This document shows, in pieces, positions 7,776 to 17,798 of a stretch of 64,000 bases of DNA. A model generated the notes under the pieces. It was not told the origin of the DNA, did no database searches, and saw nothing but the letters and a program-made list of their open reading frames with translations. Source of the stretch: a virus; the IMG/VR virus record IMGVR_UViG_3300022694_000001, one strand, 5' to 3'. The first letter of the stretch is position 1. Every line of letters begins with the position of its first letter. A program made the translations under genes and the position numbers.

Positions 7776-9386
7776 ATGAAAACGATCAGAACTTATGGCG
7801 GATGGCTGCTCATGGCCGTCTGCTTTGTGGCAGCGAGCTACGCGCATGGGATAGGCCGCATCGTAGCGGATGCGGTTCCGTTTCTACCGTTGCTCGGGAC
7901 GGTATTTTACGAGGCGAACAACACAGGCACGGCGTTAGCTGCCATGTCACCGGAGGATGTCCGGAAGCTGTGGCAGGCAGGCGTGGATGTGTTCGAACAA
8001 TCGAGCGATTACTTCAAAGATTTCGAAGGTGAGGGGGTGATGTCTTTGATTGATACAGTCACGGACACCAGTAAGGGCAAGGGCCAATCGATTCGGTTCA
8101 CGGTGCAAAGCGGGTTCTACGATGAGCCGCACCTTGGCGAAGAACTCTTTGAGACCAAGGACGATTACGAAGAGATCCTAATCGACGGCAACGATCTTGA
8201 AGTGGATTGGGTGCGTCACGCATACCGATACACAGAGCGCATGGAAGAAGTAATGGGTATGCGCGGTGAGATCGTGAACGGCACGAACGAAGAGCTTGGC
8301 AAATGGTTCGGGCGCCTCAAAACCGAGCAGATGTTTATGATGTTCCGTGAAAAACTGCCGGCAGTGAATACGCTCTACGGCGGGAGTCACGCGCAAAACA
8401 CGCTGGTTAGCGCCGATTCGCTTAACTGGAACTCGATCGTGCTCACCGGTTACATTCAGAAGCGCATGGGTGGCGCGCCGGCAAAAGTCGGCAGCATCAA
8501 AGGGCAACCGGTGTTCAAGAACGTGGTGGTCGCGCCGAGCGACGTACTGGCCAGCTTGGAAGTGGACCCTGAGTTTCGCCAGATTTTGCGCGAGACCAAG
8601 GATGAAGACGCGGCCAAACTGCTCTTTAGCGGTGGCTGGGCCAATGTGCGCGGGCACATCATCTCTGAGTACACGCCGATCGATCACGACGGAGAAGGCG
8701 CGGTAGGCAGCCCGCTCAATGGGAAAGCGTTCCTGGGCGTAGCGATTACTGCCGGCACGGCCGTGTTCGACATTAAAGGCGGCGGAAATGCGACTAGCGC
8801 GGCGAAGACCAAAAAGAAATACTTCAAGTATTTTCCTGGTTACGCCTATCGGTTCCTGCTCTCGGACATTCTCTCTGTGAGCAGCGCGGAGAAGTATTTG
8901 CTGATCATCAATCCGCCGGATGCCGTAACCGACCCGAACAAGGTGGGCATGTATGCCTACACGGTCGGGAACAATGGTAACAAGATCACGATTACAAAGC
9001 GGCTGGGATCCGCTGCCAGTGTCGCGCGGGTCACAACGCTTGGTAACGTGACCTGGAACACGGGCGTATGGCTGGCAGGCGCGGACGGGTTTGCCGGGCA
9101 CACCGATGACCATCCCGAAGGCGCGTTGATTCTTCCCTGTAACGCGAACGGGCAACCGTTTGCGGATGTGCTGATGCTCGGTGCGCGCTGCGCACGGCGC
9201 GGTTACGGAAAATACCGTAACAAGCGGATGAGCGACCAGCACGAGGGCGGGTTCATCCAGGAGAATTACATTGTGAGCGTGTTCGGTCAGGCGCCGCGTA
9301 AGGACCGCTTGCAGCGTGTGCCCGGCGCCTTCCGGATCCGCGTCGCGGTCAATTACCCTGGCGTGCCGCTACCGGTGATCGTCTAA
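7776..9386 (+). CDS. Major capsid protein, N4-gp56/DUF4043-like
   Basis: RKLWQAGVD...SLIDTVTDTSKGKGQSIRFTV...GEELFE...EEILIDGNDLEVDWVRHA matches the N4-gp56 N-terminal pattern as I recall it; position after scaffold. Confidence 0.85.
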   Translation: MKTIRTYGGWLLMAVCFVAASYAHGIGRIVADAVPFLPLLGTVFYEANNTGTALAAMSPEDVRKLWQAGVDVFEQSSDYFKDFEGEGVMSLIDTVTDTSKGKGQSIRFTVQSGFYDEPHLGEELFETKDDYEEILIDGNDLEVDWVRHAYRYTERMEEVMGMRGEIVNGTNEELGKWFGRLKTEQMFMMFREKLPAVNTLYGGSHAQNTLVSADSLNWNSIVLTGYIQKRMGGAPAKVGSIKGQPVFKNVVVAPSDVLASLEVDPEFRQILRETKDEDAAKLLFSGGWANVRGHIISEYTPIDHDGEGAVGSPLNGKAFLGVAITAGTAVFDIKGGGNATSAAKTKKKYFKYFPGYAYRFLLSDILSVSSAEKYLLIINPPDAVTDPNKVGMYAYTVGNNGNKITITKRLGSAASVARVTTLGNVTWNTGVWLAGADGFAGHTDDHPEGALILPCNANGQPFADVLMLGARCARRGYGKYRNKRMSDQHEGGFIQENYIVSVFGQAPRKDRLQRVPGAFRIRVAVNYPGVPLPVIV

Positions 9387-9408
9387 AGCTGTTTCGTGGG
9401 TTGCTACA

Positions 9409-9443
9409 CCGGGGGCCGCCTTGGGGTGTTGGGCGGCTCCCGG
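9409..9443. terminator. GC-rich hairpin after the capsid gene (possible terminator or stabiliser; no U-tract)
   Basis: 12-bp stem ccgggggccgcc/ggcggctcccgg with an 11-nt loop. Confidence 0.4.
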
Positions 9444-9469
9444 AAAGCAGCGTTAGAAACAGCAAACCT

Positions 9470-9913
9470 ATGAATACAGAACATAATCAGTACATCGTTA
9501 CCCTTCGGTGGCCTAGCGCGCGGCCGGTGCCGAAATATGGGCAGTTCACTTGGAACGCGAACCTGCACCGGTTGGTGTGGCGCAATGAGATCGCGGAAAC
9601 GCTTGGGCAACTGGCGGAGCTGGTGAACCAGGCGGTGGCGTTCGTTAAAGATCAGCGCAACGACATGCTCTTTGTGGAAGTCGTGCCGGTGCCGAAGGTG
9701 GAGATTCCGAAGGAAGCAGAGAAGATAGAAGATGGGAGTTCAGAGATGGGGGAAACACTGACGCTTGGCCGCGTACCAATCAGTGAGTGCAAGCTGCAAC
9801 CGCAGGTGATTACACTTCAAGAGCAGATTACAGAACCCCAACTGCCACCCGCGCAGCCGACCCTCGCTGAGAAGATGGAGATGGCTGGGTTGCCGCGCAG
9901 GCAACCGGAATAA
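9470..9913 (+). CDS. Hypothetical protein
   Basis: ORF open from 9401; likely start MNTEHNQ at 9470. Confidence 0.65.
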   Translation: MNTEHNQYIVTLRWPSARPVPKYGQFTWNANLHRLVWRNEIAETLGQLAELVNQAVAFVKDQRNDMLFVEVVPVPKVEIPKEAEKIEDGSSEMGETLTLGRVPISECKLQPQVITLQEQITEPQLPPAQPTLAEKMEMAGLPRRQPE

Positions 9914-9919
9914 CCAACC

Positions 9920-10702
9920 ATGACGTTGGCGGACGCATATTCGAATTTGTTGAAGGTGTTCGGGATGCCGAACCCGGCTAACGCTCCGGATTTTATGCCG
10001 TCGATCATTCTCAATGAGATCAATGCCACGCTGCAGATGATGCAGGCCGGTGGCGAAGATTTTTTTACCCGGGAAGCCTTGGAAGTGGCGCTGGTCACTG
10101 GCCAGGCTGCGTATGATCTGGACGATGACATACAAAGCATCATCAGTCCGGCGCGGTTGTCGGATGACGAATTGCCGCTGCGGAAACTAACTACGCACGG
10201 GCAGCTCGTGCAGTTTGGCCAACTTTTCATGGGCAGGTTGAATAACGACGTGCCAAACGGTCGCCCGCTTGCCTATTTTTTGGATCCGGGGCGCCTTGTG
10301 CCAGATGGCGATGGCGGGGAGAACGTTATGATTACGGTGAACCTGGCGCCGGCGCCGGATTCAACGTTGGCAGATGCGAACGTTAAGTTGCTACTGGAAG
10401 TGATGAAAGAACCGGGAGCAATCAGCGCAGAGGATCTTGAGGACGCGTTAGACGAACCGCCCGATCCGGAGTTGGTGCTCCCTTGCCCGCACAAGTACGT
10501 GGAAAGCATTTTTCTGCCGATCGCGCGTTACAATCTCACGCACAGCTTTTTGTTTTACGATAAGGAGAAGAAACCGCAGTACGAGAGCGATTACGAGCGT
10601 GCACTGCGCGTGCTGGGAGTAGCTGACCCGCGGCGGCCGAAGCCTGTTGAATCGCGCGATGAAGCCTTGTCGAATCCGAAACCACAGATGGCCGCCAAAT
10701 GA
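9920..10702 (+). CDS. Putative head-tail adaptor / tail tubular protein
   Basis: LNEINATL...VTGQAAYDLDDDI...GRPLAYF...PAPD pattern typical of podoviral neck proteins; position. Confidence 0.65.
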   Translation: MTLADAYSNLLKVFGMPNPANAPDFMPSIILNEINATLQMMQAGGEDFFTREALEVALVTGQAAYDLDDDIQSIISPARLSDDELPLRKLTTHGQLVQFGQLFMGRLNNDVPNGRPLAYFLDPGRLVPDGDGGENVMITVNLAPAPDSTLADANVKLLLEVMKEPGAISAEDLEDALDEPPDPELVLPCPHKYVESIFLPIARYNLTHSFLFYDKEKKPQYESDYERALRVLGVADPRRPKPVESRDEALSNPKPQMAAK

Positions 10703-11637
10703 ACACCTTAGAATTATCGCAGCGGTTAGGGCGCAATCTGCGGGTGGAAGATTCCACCGATTTGCCGGCGGCCGCCGCGCTGGATGTGCTTAGCGCCATT
10801 AACGCCGGGGTAAGCTGTTTTTACAAGTATCTAGCCAGCGCGTATCGGCAGACCACGTTGAGCGTGGTGTTGCGCGCGCCGGAGATGATAACAGGCGTGA
10901 CGTTTGCGGCCAGGTACAGCAGGAACCTGTCCGGGGACACGTTTGAAGATCGGCAGCGCGGTTGCACGGTGCGCTTTAACACCGGCGCGGACAACGAAAT
11001 CACAGGGCGGAACACAGTGTTAGACGATTGGCTGGAAGACACGCTTACTGTGGATGCCACAGTGTATCACGACGCGGTTGGCCTCGAGTATGTGATTAAG
11101 CGCATCATAGGCGACGTGCGGATTTACCTCGGGAACGGTCGCAGGGCCGTGCGGGTTCTAATGAGAGACGAACGTCTCCGGCGCGGTTATTGGAATGTGT
11201 CTCCATACGGACCTGGGGAAGCAGGCATTTGGGACATTTACGGGTTTACCAACGCGAGCACGATTGGGTGTCCGCGGTATTATTACATTGACCCGGTAGG
11301 GGCAAGCCAGGGGGGCGATCCGCAGTTTTATCTGCGCGTGTTGCCGTTGCCTGACATCGATTACACGGTGCGCTTTGAAGCTGAGCTAGGGCCGCGCAAG
11401 ATCACGTTTGGCGAGCTGAAGCAGGCTGTGCGCGTCCCGGTCGCGGAAGATTACGCCGAAGACATGCTGGTGCCGCTTTGCGAAGCGCAACTGACCAGGA
11501 GCAGATTTTGGGCGGACGCTGACAGCAAAAAAGACGTGCTGGCAAAAGCTGAGGAAGTGAAAACGCGGGAATTGGCAATGGTAGCGCCGGAGGTCGGGAT
11601 GCGCTGGAACCAGGTTGGAACGCCGGCGGGATTTTAA
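10699..11637 (+). CDS. Second putative neck/adaptor protein
   Basis: LSAINAG...GCPRYYYID...LRVLPLPDIDYTVRFE pattern; coupled to previous gene. Confidence 0.6.
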   Translation: MNTLELSQRLGRNLRVEDSTDLPAAAALDVLSAINAGVSCFYKYLASAYRQTTLSVVLRAPEMITGVTFAARYSRNLSGDTFEDRQRGCTVRFNTGADNEITGRNTVLDDWLEDTLTVDATVYHDAVGLEYVIKRIIGDVRIYLGNGRRAVRVLMRDERLRRGYWNVSPYGPGEAGIWDIYGFTNASTIGCPRYYYIDPVGASQGGDPQFYLRVLPLPDIDYTVRFEAELGPRKITFGELKQAVRVPVAEDYAEDMLVPLCEAQLTRSRFWADADSKKDVLAKAEEVKTRELAMVAPEVGMRWNQVGTPAGF

Positions 11638-11638
11638 A

Positions 11639-11992
11639 ATGAACGCACGAGTAGTTAACGCGGATACGCAACTGGCGATGGTGCCGCTTGCGGATGAAGT
11701 GCTGGTGCCCGCGGGCACGCCGGCGGCTCCGCAGGCTTCTCCTAACTTGTTGTTCGTGTGGGAGGTTAGCTCGCTTAAAGGCACGCCGCCGTCGTTGTGC
11801 TCGGAAGTGGACACGTTTTATCTGCCAACAAAGGCGATGCGAGAGATCGTGGCGGAAGTTGGCGAGTCGCATCAACGGCAGACCTACCAGTTGCTCGGAG
11901 GCGCTGCTGATCCGGATGACGATGGCCAGGGGGAACCGCATGATTACGATGCTGATAGAAATGATCGGCACTGGGAAAGGGTTGGCTCATAA
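11639..11992 (+). CDS. Hypothetical protein
   Basis: ATG 11639 directly after previous stop. Confidence 0.6.
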   Translation: MNARVVNADTQLAMVPLADEVLVPAGTPAAPQASPNLLFVWEVSSLKGTPPSLCSEVDTFYLPTKAMREIVAEVGESHQRQTYQLLGGAADPDDDGQGEPHDYDADRNDRHWERVGS

Positions 11993-14554
11993 ATGAAGCA
12001 AACGCCGAACACTCAACGTCGAACGTCCAACGCTCAATGGAAGATGGTTTGGTGTGTGACTGCGTTTCTATGTCACTTGTCGCTTGTCACTGCTTTTGCG
12101 GAAGGGACTGAGCCTCTTTTACTCGGTACAAAGACGCACAGGATAATTTCGCCGCTTACGATTGACTTCGGCGGCGTGACCATCCTTAATTTCCCAAGCT
12201 CTGGTTTGAATTTCACGCAGTCGCTGGTGAACAACAGCGGCACGGTCACGCTGGTAAACGATTCATTGGCCCCTGGGAACTCGAAGTATTACGGGACGAA
12301 CGGGAGCGGGACACGCGGGTATTTCAACCTTCCATCTAGCGGTGGCATCGGCGGCAGCATCGCCGATCAGCAGGTCGCGTTTGGAAACGGGGCGGACACC
12401 ATAACAGGGAGCGATACTTTTAAGTTTATCTCAGGTTTATTGAACGCTCCGGCGTCAGTGACGCTTCATTCCACCGGCGACAGCGACGATCCCGTCACGC
12501 ATCCATACACAATGTTGAACTCAGGTATCTATGTCACGGACGCGAACGGCGAAGAAGTGTTCAGGCTTTGGGCGAGCGATCCCAATGCTGGTAGCCATGT
12601 GAATGATGCTCAAAATCTGTATCTAGGTTTCCAAGCGGGTTATTCGCAGCCGTCTCCTGACCTTAATGAGGATGCAGGATATAGTAATATCGGAATTGGT
12701 TGGCAGTCGATGTATTCTGTTATTGATGGGTCAGAAAATACAGCTTTAGGTGTGATAGCATTGCAACAAAATACCATAGGTAGCAGTAATACCGCCATTG
12801 GTTACGCAGCATTAAACAGTAATATCGACGGCACCAGTAATGTAGCAGTTGGTGAAGATGCACTGGCTAGTAATCTAAATGGCAACCACAATACAGGAAT
12901 TGGTTTCTCATCGGGAAATGTTGACGGAGATAACAACACCTTTGTTGGCTATAATGCCACTGCCTTGTCTGATGGATTGTCCAATGTCATCGCCGTTGGA
13001 AACGCAGTCACTGTTTCAACTAGTAACACCTTCGTTGGCGGAAATGATGCTGTCGGCGATGCTTGGTTTGGTGGTCAGAATGTCGGCAACGCAATTCTGC
13101 ACGGCATCGGAACAGGCATAACCGGCTTAACGACCGCCAACGTCGCAGATTCAAGCAATAAACGTTACGTCACCGACGCACAACTAACTGTATTAGGAAA
13201 CACCAGCGGCACAAACACCGGCGATCAAACTAGCGTCGTCGGCATCACGGGGACGAAAGCCCAGTTCGACACTGCTCTTACTGACGGCAATTTTCTTTAT
13301 GTCGGCGACGTGAGCCAATACACGGACGAGTTAGCGCAGGATGCGGTGGGCGCGATGATTGATTCGTCGCTTAATTACGTTGACGTCACGCCACTCCTGC
13401 AAAGGGCAGCACTTACCGGAGCGATAACGGCGTCTGCTGGTTCAAACACGACGGCACTCGGATCGTTCAACACGGCGCAATTAAACACAGCGTTGTCAGA
13501 TAATGACATCGCCACGGGCGGCGGAACCGCTACGGGGACAAACACTGGGGACCAAACGAGCATTGTTGGCATCACGGGATCACTTTCTGAGTTCAATACA
13601 GCTTTAACCGGGGCAGATTTTGCAACAGGCGGCGGCACAGTAACGGGCGCGAGCAGTGGGACGAACACCGGCGACCAAACTTTGGTCGGACTCGGCGGCG
13701 TGCCAACGAGCCGCGCACTAACGATTGGCGGAACGGCACTGGATTTGAGCGCGGATCGGTCGTGGCTGGGCAATGTTACTAATGACGCGCAAACGAAGGC
13801 GGCAATCGTCCCGAATACCGCCCCAAGCGCAGGTCAACTTCCTATCGGCAACGCTGGGGGCTCGGCTTACGCGCCAGTATCGCTGTCTGGCCCGGTGTCA
13901 ATCACGTCTGCCGGCGTCACGTCGGTGGGGACACTGAACCAAAATACGACCGGAAGCGCGGCGACCTTAACAACCGGCCGCACAATCGCGACTACCGGAG
14001 ATGTAACATACACTTCCGGTTCATTTAATGGTTCTGACAATGTGACCGGCACCGCAACCGTAGCCAATGTTCCAGCAACAGCTACTTTCGGAAGTGATCT
14101 TGCGACTGCCCCATTGAACACTGGCGGCTGGACTGAATATCACGTTTCTGGTTCTAACTACACCAATTCCACGAATGGATTTACGGACATTTTGGTTTCA
14201 GGAACACTTCAAAATTCTACGCTGTATGAATGGGAATTTGGGTTTCAGGCGCAATGTAATGGTGCTGGTGGTTTTGCGTTTACCTTGCATGGAGCTGGAA
14301 CAGGAAGCGCGGCTGTGGGCGCAGGTGTCGGTTTAGTAGGAAATAACGCAGCTTTCGCTATAACAGCCGTTGACGTAGCTGGGCCAACCGCAGGGACTGC
14401 AACCACGAAATTAACAGGGTGGCTTAGGGGGTTTATGACTACGACCAGCACTGGCACATCAACACTCTCGATCCAAGCCAAGTCCATTACCAACACCCAA
14501 ACCACTACCGTTTACATCGGCGGCGTATTAAGAGTCAGAAAGGCTGGAACATGA
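11993..14554 (+). CDS. Tail fibre / adhesin-like protein
   Basis: 853 aa, G/S/T/N-rich; NTA(I/L)G beta-roll repeats and repeated GTNTGDQT; N-terminus encoded by a heptamer array then a signal-peptide-like stretch. Confidence 0.75.
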   Translation: MKQTPNTQRRTSNAQWKMVWCVTAFLCHLSLVTAFAEGTEPLLLGTKTHRIISPLTIDFGGVTILNFPSSGLNFTQSLVNNSGTVTLVNDSLAPGNSKYYGTNGSGTRGYFNLPSSGGIGGSIADQQVAFGNGADTITGSDTFKFISGLLNAPASVTLHSTGDSDDPVTHPYTMLNSGIYVTDANGEEVFRLWASDPNAGSHVNDAQNLYLGFQAGYSQPSPDLNEDAGYSNIGIGWQSMYSVIDGSENTALGVIALQQNTIGSSNTAIGYAALNSNIDGTSNVAVGEDALASNLNGNHNTGIGFSSGNVDGDNNTFVGYNATALSDGLSNVIAVGNAVTVSTSNTFVGGNDAVGDAWFGGQNVGNAILHGIGTGITGLTTANVADSSNKRYVTDAQLTVLGNTSGTNTGDQTSVVGITGTKAQFDTALTDGNFLYVGDVSQYTDELAQDAVGAMIDSSLNYVDVTPLLQRAALTGAITASAGSNTTALGSFNTAQLNTALSDNDIATGGGTATGTNTGDQTSIVGITGSLSEFNTALTGADFATGGGTVTGASSGTNTGDQTLVGLGGVPTSRALTIGGTALDLSADRSWLGNVTNDAQTKAAIVPNTAPSAGQLPIGNAGGSAYAPVSLSGPVSITSAGVTSVGTLNQNTTGSAATLTTGRTIATTGDVTYTSGSFNGSDNVTGTATVANVPATATFGSDLATAPLNTGGWTEYHVSGSNYTNSTNGFTDILVSGTLQNSTLYEWEFGFQAQCNGAGGFAFTLHGAGTGSAAVGAGVGLVGNNAAFAITAVDVAGPTAGTATTKLTGWLRGFMTTTSTGTSTLSIQAKSITNTQTTTVYIGGVLRVRKAGT
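12001..12037. repeat. AACGYYS heptamer array inside the fibre gene 5' end
   Basis: aacgccg aacactc aacgtcg aacgtcc aacgctc aa. Confidence 0.75.
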
Positions 14555-14952
14555 AACTAGAGGCTATTGACCGGGGGGAATACAAGCTTTGGGGTATCAC
14601 GGCGAACGCAACTCCAAAAGTCCTGACCTTCGATTCAAACAGTGTAACCAGCACCAATCAAATTGCCGTGCCAGCCGCGAGCGGCATGGGGTTTTTGGCG
14701 GAGGTAATAGGTCTCTCCGGCGCAATCGTGTTTCGGCAAAGGATCAAAGGCACAATTAAAACGACTGGCGGCACGACCGCGCTGGTGGGCAGCAACATAG
14801 TGAGCGACAAATGGGCCGATGCCGGTGCAAGCACATGGGCGGCCACGGCGATAGCCGATAATGTGAACAAGGCTCTAAAGATCACGGTTACGGGCCAGGC
14901 AGGGACCTCGATTAACTGGTTCGCTCTTGTTGTCACTTTGGAGGTTGCATGA
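14551..14952 (+). CDS. Beta-rich fibre-associated protein
   Basis: 133 aa, ATGA-coupled to the fibre gene. Confidence 0.65.
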   Translation: MKLEAIDRGEYKLWGITANATPKVLTFDSNSVTSTNQIAVPAASGMGFLAEVIGLSGAIVFRQRIKGTIKTTGGTTALVGSNIVSDKWADAGASTWAATAIADNVNKALKITVTGQAGTSINWFALVVTLEVA

Positions 14953-15027
14953 CAGCGCCAATACAGCACTCGTGCACATTTGGAGATTGAAAATGAAAGG
15001 TTTCAACCATCCTCTTTAATTGTTCCG

Positions 15028-15369
15028 ATGAATAATCACGAGCGGCAAGTGTGGTTTATCAAGTGGGCCATTCGGGTTTCCGTCGTTCTCGGTATTGTGT
15101 TCATCGTGGTCGTGCTGTTTTTCTTTACAGGGTTTACTGTTAAGTGGCTGATCTCGATTAAGACGAAAGCAGAAAACGCAACCACTCAAGCCGTCGAGAA
15201 CACCACTGCTATCCAAGAAAACAGCGATGACATACAGGAGTTGCAAGAAGCCAGCCCGGCGCCTACCGCTACGGCAACGCCGCGAGTTACGGCTGGTCGA
15301 TCAGAGAGGCAGCATAATAAACCGAAACCTCGGCAGCGTTCCTGGCTGGAAAGACTATTCAGGCCGTGA
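15028..15369 (+). CDS. Single-TM protein with coiled coil (spanin-like candidate)
   Basis: TM segment VSVVLGIVFIVVVLFFF, then a coiled-coil and Pro/Thr segment. Confidence 0.55.
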   Translation: MNNHERQVWFIKWAIRVSVVLGIVFIVVVLFFFTGFTVKWLISIKTKAENATTQAVENTTAIQENSDDIQELQEASPAPTATATPRVTAGRSERQHNKPKPRQRSWLERLFRP

Positions 15370-15866
15370 TCGCCTACCTAATCTATCACTGGAAGATCTT
15401 GCCAGTAGCGATAACGCTATGGGTGGCGGCAGCGTTGTTGGCGGTCGAGTCGTCGCTAACGCCTTGGATATTCGGGGCGCTTGTGCCAATCGGAATTTTC
15501 ATCTTGGGCGTGTTGGGTGCGATCTTGAAAGCGGCGTGGACGATTCAAGGGCGCATGAGTACGATGGAAGCGCAGGTGTCGCCGCTCTGGTCGGCTTTCC
15601 AGCAAACGGTAGCAAAGAGCTTACATAATCCCGAAATCCGAGACAAAGAGGCTGACGACCTGATCGACGACTTGGAACACCGGATGACCCCCGCGAAGAT
15701 GGAACGGCTCAGAGTGCTGATGACCGCGCGCGCTGCCGACCCATCCCGTGGCGAACAGGAGCGCAAGCGCGCAGAGCTACTATTGTTCATCATGTCACAG
15801 ATTAAGGAAGAGAACATAAAAAAGGCGGTCACACCCGCGATGAAAAACGGTAACACAATAAAATGA
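15366..15866 (+). CDS. Membrane protein, lysis region
   Basis: Two N-terminal TM segments plus coiled coil. Confidence 0.6.
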   Translation: MIAYLIYHWKILPVAITLWVAAALLAVESSLTPWIFGALVPIGIFILGVLGAILKAAWTIQGRMSTMEAQVSPLWSAFQQTVAKSLHNPEIRDKEADDLIDDLEHRMTPAKMERLRVLMTARAADPSRGEQERKRAELLLFIMSQIKEENIKKAVTPAMKNGNTIK

Positions 15867-16201
15867 GTAAACTATTCGGAGCAAATTGGCAGACAACACT
15901 ATGGGGCGGCATCTTCGCGCTCTCAACGGCAATCGCTACAAGTCCGGCGCTTGTAGAATTTCTACCTGACGCCATTGAGGGATGGGTGCGAGGGTTAGCT
16001 GGAGTAATTGTCGCGGTGTCGGGATTGAAATTCGCTAAAGAAGCAAAATCCAAGGACGTGACAGGCGGTGTGGTGCAACAGACCGCAAGCGGAGCGCCAG
16101 CAGCTAAAGGAACGCAGGACATGGTGGACCTAACTGTAAAGGCAACAGAAGAATCTGGCGAGAAGGTTCCCGACAACCTCAAGACGCCTCCACCAAATTA
16201 G
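15863..16201 (+). CDS. Putative holin
   Basis: NWQTTLWGG...two TM segments...KFAKEAKSKDVTG resembles small phage holins. Confidence 0.55.
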   Translation: MSKLFGANWQTTLWGGIFALSTAIATSPALVEFLPDAIEGWVRGLAGVIVAVSGLKFAKEAKSKDVTGGVVQQTASGAPAAKGTQDMVDLTVKATEESGEKVPDNLKTPPPN

Positions 16202-16249
16202 ATGATTTCTTGTCAGTAAACCAAAACCAAAAACGAAAGGAAAAAAAGT

Positions 16250-16471
16250 ATGACGCTAATTTTAATGGTAATCGCTTGTGTGTGTCTGTTGCTTCAGGCG
16301 CTGCAGGTAAACATCAAACGGATCGAGATTGGCTGGCTGGGGCTGTTTTTTTGGTGCCTGGCGGTGACGCTCCCGATGTTGCTCTCCGGGCAAGTTACGC
16401 CGCTCTACGTTCTGGTGGTGGTGCTGGTGATCGTCGTATTGGTGGTATTCTACCGGAGGCCGAGAGCATGA
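16250..16471 (+). CDS. Small multi-TM protein (holin-like candidate)
   Basis: 73 aa, almost entirely hydrophobic with a basic C-terminus. Confidence 0.55.
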   Translation: MTLILMVIACVCLLLQALQVNIKRIEIGWLGLFFWCLAVTLPMLLSGQVTPLYVLVVVLVIVVLVVFYRRPRA

Positions 16472-16641
16472 GCGCCAAGGGTACTACGAAGAAGAAGAAA
16501 TCACGCCGTGGAAAACAGCATCCGGCGCACGCCGCGAGTTTTGCGAACATTGCCAAAGACTTAAAGCAGTTGCCTGGGTATTACGGCGCCGCGGCGGTAT
16601 TTGAAAAGGAAGCGAACCGGCTGCGGGGCATAGTGCGATAG
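16468..16641 (+). CDS. Small basic protein
   Basis: MSAKGTTKKKKSRRGK..., ATGA-coupled. Confidence 0.5.
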   Translation: MSAKGTTKKKKSRRGKQHPAHAASFANIAKDLKQLPGYYGAAAVFEKEANRLRGIVR

Positions 16642-16646
16642 GTATT

Positions 16647-16663
16647 GACAGCGAAACGCTGTC
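16647..16663 (+). promoter_or_regulatory. Palindromic operator/promoter motif, copy 5
   Basis: ttGACAGC-gaaac-GCTGTC. Confidence 0.8.
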
Positions 16664-16692
16664 AGTGGATAAAGCGAAAGGTGATTCAGTTT

Positions 16693-17316
16693 ATGAAAAA
16701 GAGACCGAAATGGGTTGCGCTGGGAATTGTGGCTGCGCTCTGGGCTGCGGCCGCCGTGACCGCACTGGCTACAGATGGCAGCGTGAAGGACACGACCGCC
16801 ACGGATAACGGCACGAGTAAGGCTGCGGTTTTTAAGACGCAACTGGTCACGGATCCAATCGGCGGGAAACGTGCCAATGTGCCGTATGTGCGTTTGGATG
16901 CGCCGATCGATCTTGACGGGGCCACGGTCAATTTCGATTTAACCGATGTCACCGCCGCGCCCGGGGCGACGCCCAGTCCGAGCCCGGCCAACGCGTTGAT
17001 TGTGCAAGGTATCGCCGGTGGCACAGCTTTGCCTGTTAATACCGGTGGCTGGAGCGTTTCGCATAAAGCTACTAATGCCACGACGACGGCGAAATCTGGC
17101 GCGGGCGTGTTGCACGCGATAACGATCAACACCAAGGGAGCCAGCTCGAATACGATCACGGTTTACGATAATACGGCCGGGAGCGGGACCGTGATGGCAG
17201 TGATCGATTCGACAGCGAGCGTCGGCACGCTGATCTATGACGCTTCGTTCGCTACTGGTCTCACGGTGGTTACGGCAACCGGCACGGCGCCGGATATTAC
17301 GGTCACATACCGGTGA
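16693..17316 (+). CDS. Virion decoration-like beta protein with signal-peptide-like N-terminus
   Basis: MKKRPKWVALGIVAALWAAAAVTALA; C-terminal KSGAGVLHAITIN...ITVYDNTAGSG...FATGLTV. Confidence 0.65.
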   Translation: MKKRPKWVALGIVAALWAAAAVTALATDGSVKDTTATDNGTSKAAVFKTQLVTDPIGGKRANVPYVRLDAPIDLDGATVNFDLTDVTAAPGATPSPSPANALIVQGIAGGTALPVNTGGWSVSHKATNATTTAKSGAGVLHAITINTKGASSNTITVYDNTAGSGTVMAVIDSTASVGTLIYDASFATGLTVVTATGTAPDITVTYR

Positions 17317-17345
17317 ACAAAAACAACGAAAGGAAACCAAAAACC

Positions 17346-17798
17346 ATGAAAATAAAAAAATACATACCATTAGGCGTTGCGATTGCGGGGTCGTGGCTAC
17401 TTGCTACGGCAACGTTAATCGGGCCGAGTGGTTGCCAGAGTTACCCGTGGCCATCAGGTCAGCCATCGCTGACAGAAGCGTCCACGGATCAGGTGATTCT
17501 GCGAGCCGAACAGACCGCGCAAACTGCACGGTTGACGTTCGACACGCTGGTCACATTGGAACGCCAAAACGACGCGTTTCTCAGGCAAGTTAATCCGGCG
17601 ATTCATGCTTATGCGAACAAACTGCGCGCGCATGGACTCGATTGGGTTGACTCGCTTCGAGCGGCTACGAGAACGTTCAAGGCCAACCGCACAGCGGAAA
17701 ACCAAGCGAACCTAACCACGTGGTTAGCGACGCTCACAAACGCAATAACCGAAACAAACAAGTACATTGCAGAAGCCAAGAAAGTAAGCCAACCATGA
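17346..17798 (+). CDS. Putative lipoprotein (lysis region)
   Basis: MKIKKYIPLGVAIAGSWLLATATLIGPSGC lipobox-like cysteine. Confidence 0.6.
   Translation: MKIKKYIPLGVAIAGSWLLATATLIGPSGCQSYPWPSGQPSLTEASTDQVILRAEQTAQTARLTFDTLVTLERQNDAFLRQVNPAIHAYANKLRAHGLDWVDSLRAATRTFKANRTAENQANLTTWLATLTNAITETNKYIAEAKKVSQP

Noticed and set aside
8178-9242. 354-aa minus-strand ORF in the capsid gene
   Set aside because: In-register antisense shadow typical of GC-rich genes
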